From: Octopus vulgaris | Taxonomy: Eukaryota | Length of the DNA stretch: 64,000 nt | NCBI GenBank assembly: GCA_951406725.2 | Contig: OX597817.1 | Span: forward strand, 113,212,001-113,276,000 | Direction: 5' to 3' | Shown here: positions 56,168 to 64,000 of the stretch, one piece after another | Layout of the letters: each line of letters opens with the position of its first letter | How positions within the stretch are numbered: position 1 is the stretch's first letter | Notes under the pieces: model-generated | Database searches by the model: none | Seen by the model: only the letters and a program-made list of their open reading frames with translations | Told to the model about the DNA's origin: nothing | Made by a program: the position numbers and the translations under genes

Positions 56168-56950
56168 ATATTCTATAATTATAAGCATAATTATAATCAG
56201 GAGTCAGCTAATTGCTTTGCCATGCATCGAATTTAGAAATAGCAGTTAAAATACCATTTTGCTACCATAAATATCTCCTAGACAGTAACACACTTTTTTT
56301 ACGTAGGCAAAGATAAAAAAATAACAAATCCACACGGCTTAGATTAGCTACATATGCATTTCGGGATTAAAGTAAAGTTATATTTACTTACTTTTGAGAG
56401 TGTTAGAATTAAATATGTATGCGATCAAGCGTCATCACATAACTGATATTACTCGTAATACGCGTGGGTTTTTGAGGATAAATACGTGTTCTCATTCAAC
56501 TGTATATTTTTGGAAGTGCTAGTTAAATATCAGTTATGCGATGATGCTTGATCACATACATATTTAATTCTAACACTCTCAAATTTATATTTGAAGTGCT
56601 GCACTGATGAGGTGAAATAAGTAAGTAAATATAACTTTACTTTAATCCTGAAACGTGTATGTAGCTAATCTAAGTTGTGTGGATTTGTTATTTTTTCTCT
56701 TTGCCTATGTAAAAAAGTGTGTTACTGTCTGGGAGATATTTATGATAGCAGAATGGTATTTTAACTGCTATTTCTAAATTCGGTGCATGGCGAAGCAATT
56801 AGCTGACCCCTGATTATAATTATGCTTATAATTATAGAATATTTGTATAATTTTACCTAAAAAGGTTATTTTAACATACAGAACTACTTGGTAAAATTAT
56901 TAATTATTAATTAATTAATTAATTAATTTTACCCTTTTATTATTATTGAA
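56168..56950. repeat. ~675-bp palindrome plus asymmetric tail between (TA)n tracts, hammerhead motif in the right arm
   Basis: 56168-56450 is the inverted copy of 56526-56842, except for a right-arm segment containing CTGATGA (56604-56610). GAAAC lies at 56650 and GTA at 56661. Confidence 0.82.
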
Positions 56951-56967
56951 ATATATATATATGTATG

Positions 56968-57008
<41 letters not shown>

Positions 57009-57011
57009 ATG

Positions 57012-57076
<65 letters not shown>

Positions 57077-58457
57077 ATATATGCATGTGTGTGTTCAAAG
57101 TAACATATTTGATAAATAAGTTAGAGAGATACTAGTAAACAGCTTCCTTTCAAATATGTTTGTCATTAGATTCTTGCCTAATAATGTCTTTAAAGATGTT
57201 TAAAATATCACCAGAAAAATAAATTATAGAAACAAAATGAATTTAATAATGAAATACATTTAATCTATCTTACAAAATCTTTTAAAATAACATTTGAACA
57301 AAATATTACTTTCAATAAATCTGTCAAAATGATGCCAAACTATATTTTATATACAGAAATAAGTTCAGCAGAAAATGTAAAGAAATGAAGAATTTTAACC
57401 AATTCACCAAATACAGCCAAAGAATTCAATAGATTTAATACAATCAGTGTTATTAATACAACCTTTTAGCAAAGAGTAAGATAATAAAACTAAGCAAGTA
57501 AATCTACTTCAAGTCGTTGGCTGAAGTTTAACTTAATTCTTCAATCTACATTGAGAAGAAATGACAAGTCAGGAAACCTCCTGCTGACTCAAGAATGTAA
57601 ATTTTCGGATAAGTTTAGTATTGTTGTCATAGAGCTATTTGCAAACTAAGTTCATAACATCAGAAAATATTTGCAAATTTACCAAGTAAGATGGTAAATT
57701 AAAAACAAACCTTTATTCAGATAAAGGCAAGCAATCATTTTAATGACTGTGACCTTATATTTATGATGGGAAAAAAAAAGTAACACATTTTTACTTTGTT
57801 TTGTTCTTCTTGATGAAAAAATTTGTTCAAAATGCTATTTGTGTATCTGAGATTTGATAATTTATGTCAGTGGCATAAAATATTTAGACATCAATATGTA
57901 TTATTAAAAATTTAAAGCAAATTTACAAAAATCATTGCCCTAATATTCCAATATGCAAAATCGTTAGGATGGAAAGTTCTTTGAGGTTTTGTTTGAGAAC
58001 AGGTGATTATGTAAGAGTATGAAATAATGTTGATGGTACTTTTAGAGTAGACTTCCGCGGGTGTTGGAAATGGTGGAGGGGAGTATGCTTGCCGACAGCA
58101 TTCCTCTACATTTCAGCTCACAAAGCCAAGTAACTTAGAACACTTTGTGCCACTTTTCCTCCCTCAGCCTCTCAGACTTTACCACACTCCCAGTTCCTAA
58201 TACCCATTTCCATATTTGTGAGTTGGTATTTTATAGTGGCTCATTATTCAGTTTCGTTTAACATCTGGGCACAAGCTGTTATTTTTTATGAAGTCAGCAA
58301 TCTGAATTTTAATTACTTCCTTCTTGTTAAGTATCATTTAAGAATGTAGATTTGAAGGAACTCACAAATGTTCACAATCAATCATAAGATTCAGACTCTA
58401 ATCACAAGTGCTGATAAGTCATAACTATTCTACAAATATTTCAAAGTATGCTGACAT

Positions 58458-58685
58458 TTAACCCTTTAGTATTCAGATTATTCTGTCAAATCTAATGCAT
58501 GTTCATTCATATTCTTTTGAGTTCATTAGGCATTATATCATAGCTTCACGATTTCAATGACGTGACTGTTTATTTTAAGAATGACATTGTCAGATAGGTG
58601 TGAGAGCCTGAATCTGACCAATTTGTACATAAAAGAGGTAGAATATTTGGACCAGATATGTTCAGTTTAAATGCTAAAGGGTTAA
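58458..58685. mobile_element. piggyBac-type MITE (TTAA TSD, CCCTTTAG termini)
   Basis: ttaa|CCCTTTAGTATTCAG ... AATGCTAAAGGG|ttaa. Homologous copies elsewhere in the window. Confidence 0.8.
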
Positions 58686-59370
58686 GGAAAACTATGAAAA
58701 CTATGCTGATATTCATGTCAACACAATAATATTTACAATTGTTGTATTATTATAACAAACACTTCTTTTGTGTATACTATCATATTTGTTTTCTTGAATC
58801 CATCAAGCTTTTCCTGTATTAATGTAGTATGAAGTCATCATTAATTAAAATATATTAGTTTCTATGCTGGCATGGATAGATCATGGTTGCAAAATACTAT
58901 CATTCTGTCTGTCTCGTTTCTATAGTATCTCATCTAAAATACCTTCTGTCATAAGACGAAGACAAAATGTACTTTGTGGCATGAGTGCTTTTTGCAATAA
59001 TATTTCATTGGTTTCATAGATGAAGTGACTTGGGATCAAACATAATTAAGAAAAGAAACCAGCTCACAGACATGGTGCTCTGAGAGTTTACATTTGCACT
59101 ACAATGCTCTTACTATGTATGAAAATGTTAACAGGTGACAGCCATAATCAGTTGATGCTATAAAACACCCACACTGCAGATATGCTAAAATTAAATGTAT
59201 GCATAATGTACACATCATTTAGTTGCCTCCCACAATAATACGTTATACAATACAAATATTTGATATGTAAAACTTGGTAATATTTTTCAATTTCATTTTG
59301 TATTGTCTGGGTTTTTTGTCTTTATAATTTTTATCCCAATACACGATGTTGGTATGTGCATGTATGTGTG

Positions 59371-59424
<54 letters not shown>

Positions 59425-60073
59425 TGTGTGTCTGTGTGTATATAATAATAGAAAAGTTAGACAAATATGTATAATTAGATTAGGGTGTTTATATATGTAT
59501 GCACATACACATACACACACATATATACATGCACACACATATATATGCACACACTTACACATATAGATAGCTAGATACATACATACATACATACATACAT
59601 ACATACATACATACATACATACATACATACATACATACATGCATACATGGCCCTAACTACTTTTAAATTAGTTACAGGGCACCCTAAGTGTATAAATGTC
59701 TGTTAGATTAATTAAAATGTTCCTTGTGAGATTCAGTGCATGTCTGGCTAGTACATGTAGTTCTCACACATACTCATATATATCTGATGAACTCTCTTGT
59801 CATAAAAGGCAGCTGAGAGTTCCACAAATCTTACTGAACATCCCACTCAAATGATTTGTTTATAATGATTAAATATTAGTGCTGTACATTAACTCATTCT
59901 CTCCATCAAATTGGCATTGCCTGTATAGGTGCACGGTACAGGTGTAGAAAATACCTTTTACCATAAGAGAGAATTAACTGCAGTGAATTTGCTTTTAGAA
60001 GTTAAAATATGTCAGAAACATATTTTAACTAACCTAAAGTTCATATATATATATATATATAAAGATATCTATT

Positions 60074-60116
<43 letters not shown>

Positions 60117-60133
60117 TATAAAGTTATGTATTC

Positions 60134-60172
<39 letters not shown>

Positions 60173-60232
60173 TTAAATATTTGTTGTGCAAGATTTATTG
60201 GCTAAACTGGCAATATGACCATTCCGAAATAT

Positions 60233-60284
<52 letters not shown>

Positions 60285-60286
<2 letters not shown>

Positions 60287-60596
60287 TTGCAGCGTGGAAG
60301 GTGTTTATAAGCCATTTAAGAAACACACAAAAACCGCTAGATTCACTTCAACATTTAAATTTAATTTGTCAAAATATTTTCATCGCTTTGAGACCGCGAC
60401 CTGTTCACTGACAAAATTTGTGCTGTCAGTGAACAGGTCGTGGGCTCAAAGCGACGAAAATATTTTGACAAATTATATTTAAATGTTGAAGTGAATCTAA
60501 CAGTTTTTGTGTGTTTCTTAAATGACTTATTAACACCTTCCATGCTGCAATTGTTTTTGTTCCAGCCCACGATCTCAGATATGGTCACTTGCTATG
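60285..60596. repeat. Second palindromic copy of the G3:C8-variant hammerhead family
   Basis: Arms 60285-60415 and 60424-60552 are reverse complements, with an asymmetric tail to 60596 and (TA)n on both flanks. Confidence 0.85.
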
Positions 60597-61666
60597 TATA
60601 TATATATAAACGTTTTTTCTACTCTTTTCTTTTCTTATTTCTCTCTCCTAACTCAGTATGACTGAACTTGTAATAATCCACATTTTTTATATTCTTTGTT
60701 GATCATTTATGATATCTAACCCCGTCGTTGAATTTTGTGAATATTTAATCATTTAAACATGTTTTTTACTTCACAATTTGAAATTTTAAAAATCCCATTG
60801 TTTTATATACATTTATACCATTGATAAACAAAAAAATTGTTGAGACTAGTTTGATATATATGTAAATAAATTTATTTAAAAACAATTACAAGTTTTTCAT
60901 ATTCAGGTGCATATTCAATAACAAATTCGTCTATATTTTTTCCTGTGTTGAAACGCACCCCTTCTTTCCATATATATAGATATATAGGTATATATATAGT
61001 GAATGGATCTATAGGCAGAAACTGAAAAAATCTTGTTGTATATGTGTGTGTGTGTAAATGTTTGTATATATGTACATATGTATAATTATAATCATCATCA
61101 TCATTTTATGTCTCTGTCATGCTAGCATGTGATGAGCAGTTCAACAGGACCTGACAAACCAGAGGACTGTGTCAAGTTCCCATAATTTGGTGTGGTTTTT
61201 ATAATTGGTTACCCTTCTTGGTGCCAACTATTTTACAGAGTGTACTGGGTGATTTTTATCTAGCACCAGCACTAGTGAGGTTACCAAGTAACTTGCAAGA
61301 CAAAGAGGAAGAAAAGAGTCAGAGGTCTACTTGCACACGTATGTGTGTCTAATTATAATATAAATGTGTGTGTGTGTATAATATATATATATGAATATAT
61401 GCATATAAATATATTTGTATATGTATATATACATATAAATGTATATAGTTGAAATTTACAGAAAAACAAAAGATGAAGACAGGTTTATAAACAACAAGCA
61501 GGTGTATTAGTTTGGCACTCAGGAAAATGAGAAAGCCTTTTACATTTTGAGCCTATGCACTTCAACAGAAAGGAACATGAGGAAATAAACAGAGAGAGAA
61601 TTTTAAAAACTTGTGGATTTAGCGATCAATCATAGCAACTACATATATACATATATACATATATAC

Positions 61667-61724
<58 letters not shown>

Positions 61725-61729
61725 ATATA

Positions 61730-61903
61730 CTGGGTGCAGCGAATAAATTGTCATCTAAATTTCTCAAAAATTAAAAAATAACACTGACATCTCATTTTAA
61801 CAAATATATTTACCATACTGTTTAATCGACAAAATCAAAATAAACAATGAGCATGCGCAAAATTAAAAAAATAAAATGGCAACAATTTACCCATTGCACC
61901 CTG
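61730..61903. mobile_element. Tc1/mariner-type MITE with TA TSD
   Basis: ta|CTGGGTGCAGCGAATAAATTGTCA ... CAATTTACCCATTGCACCCTG|ta. A second partial copy lies at about 40100-40176. Confidence 0.65.
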
Positions 61904-62224
61904 TATGTGTGTGTGTGTGTGTGTATATATACATATATGTATGTGTGTGTATATATATATATATTTATGTGTGTATATTTATATATATGTATATATATGT
62001 ATGTGTGTGTGTATGTATATATATGTATGTATGTAAATATATAAATCCAAAAGAATGAAAAATAAACACAAGAAAAGAAACAACAACACTAGAACGTGGT
62101 ACAGGCAAAGTATAAGCAGATGTTTAGGGAAGGAAAGAAAGGTGGTTTTACATTTTGAGCAATGCTCTTCTTCCAAAACAGGAAACAGAGGAAAAAAATT
62201 CGCCAACTATTCACATGTGGTTAC

Positions 62225-62548
<324 letters not shown>

Positions 62549-62688
62549 TTTGATAAGCATAACAAATGCGCAACCGGTAAAAAGAACTTTCACCTAATTA
62601 AATTACTTAAATTACTTCAATTATTTGTCAGCATTTTCTTCATTTCCTTTTTTATATATCACCACTCGTGTTCGACATCTCCTTTTTT

Positions 62689-62740
<52 letters not shown>

Positions 62741-64000
62741 TCATGTTGTTATTTTCACTTGTTAAAAATTTGTCTGCTTGCTTTGTGCTTTCATAGACAT
62801 GTGGAATAAAGTAAGGGTTAGTGACAGGGAGAGGATCCAGCTATGAAACATTGTGTGAAAATATAATCATCTAAACTATGCAAAAATGGAAAAAAATATT
62901 TGTAAAACAGATGACCAAACAAAGTAATTATAGTGACAGATGCTAGTACAACAAAAATAGTACTCTCTAACTATCAGCTATCATGTTCCAATGACAAGAA
63001 AATATTAAGCTGAGTGCTGGGAGCATCAACTGAAGATTTCATATTAGATTTAGCTTTTCATCAACCAAGGCAGTATAAGATGATAGGAGTCTAAAATTCT
63101 GAGATTTGCAACTCCTACATAGATGCTCTGACTAGAACTAAGATAACTTCCAAGTAGTTTTAGAATGTGCTCATTCATCATTTCGAGTATTTGCAAGTCC
63201 CCACTGACACAGACACATTCATACACTTTCCTACCAGATAGTTGTTGACACTGTGCTAGGTTCTTTCTACCTTTTAATATCTCTTGTATTTTTCTCCTGG
63301 GCTTCCAGCAGACCCTCCTCTCTAAGTATTCTTAGTGGGTGAGCCAATGTAGTCACCAATGACCTGGCTATAAATACAAGTTATACTGGATTACATGTTA
63401 CCAATAGCACTGATTTGTGATCTCTCTCCCTCTCTTTTTCTCTCACACACACAGAGGACAGTAAACAATGGGCACTGAACCAACTTAATGCCAGAAAAGG
63501 TGATGTTGGTGGTGGTGAGTGGAGATGGCACATAATGGGCCAAGCAAAGTCATATGTGAATACCTGTCCAAGAGAGACGCTGTAGTTTGTAGCAACTACT
63601 TTTTCACTCAAATAAAAAGTAGAGACAGAAGAAAACAAAAGCAAATTTCCTTAATCTAAATTTACTTGGTACATCAGGGAAATTGCACCAGTACATCTTA
63701 GAAATCAGTGATGAAATCTATATGATGTAACAGCCAAGAGATATCCTCCAGCTATTTCTGGTATTTTCCACACTGAAAATTTTGTAGCCATGAGTTTTCA
63801 GAAGTTCTACAGTAGCTAGAACATGGCTTTACAAAGAATCGAGCTACTGTTAATATATACACTAAGATATTTTCCATGACCAATGTTTGAAGTTCTCTTT
63901 CACCTCATTAAACTCGACATGATATTCATGTTATTCAATTTGAATTCTTCTGGAAGTATTTATTAACAAATTTGCTTTAGATAAGCAGGACCACTTTATT

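Noticed and set aside
59784-59830. CTGATGA followed by a hairpin (also 2628, 10742, 36527, 47893-47955)
   Set aside because: No intact GAAAC or stem I/III partner, so too degenerate to call.

Overview
AT-rich, microsatellite- and repeat-dense eukaryotic DNA. The SINE/LINE repertoire and the (TA)n/(CA)n density suggest an octopus (coleoid cephalopod) genome; this is inference. Almost all listed ORFs are microsatellite or repeat artefacts. One convincing host coding exon is present (40363-40613, + strand, ag/gt flanked). It encodes a cysteine string (CCFCWCC..C) typical of RZ-family RGS proteins (RGS17/19/20), so most of the window is probably intron or upstream sequence of that gene. The rest is decayed mobile DNA: RTE and CR1 LINE fragments, a DD41D (rosa) Tc1/mariner foldback, piggyBac, hAT and Tc1 MITEs, a Helitron, several SINE families, and an 867-bp foldback carrying telomeric repeats. 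The most notable signal is more than a dozen type-I hammerhead-ribozyme motifs from several unrelated non-coding families. Many sit inside long palindromes inserted in (TA)n tracts, resembling Penelope-like pLTRs or retrozymes. One family, present as five arms, has a swapped G3:C8 catalytic core (GUGAACA) and shows stem covariation. Repeat boundaries were read by eye and are approximate.
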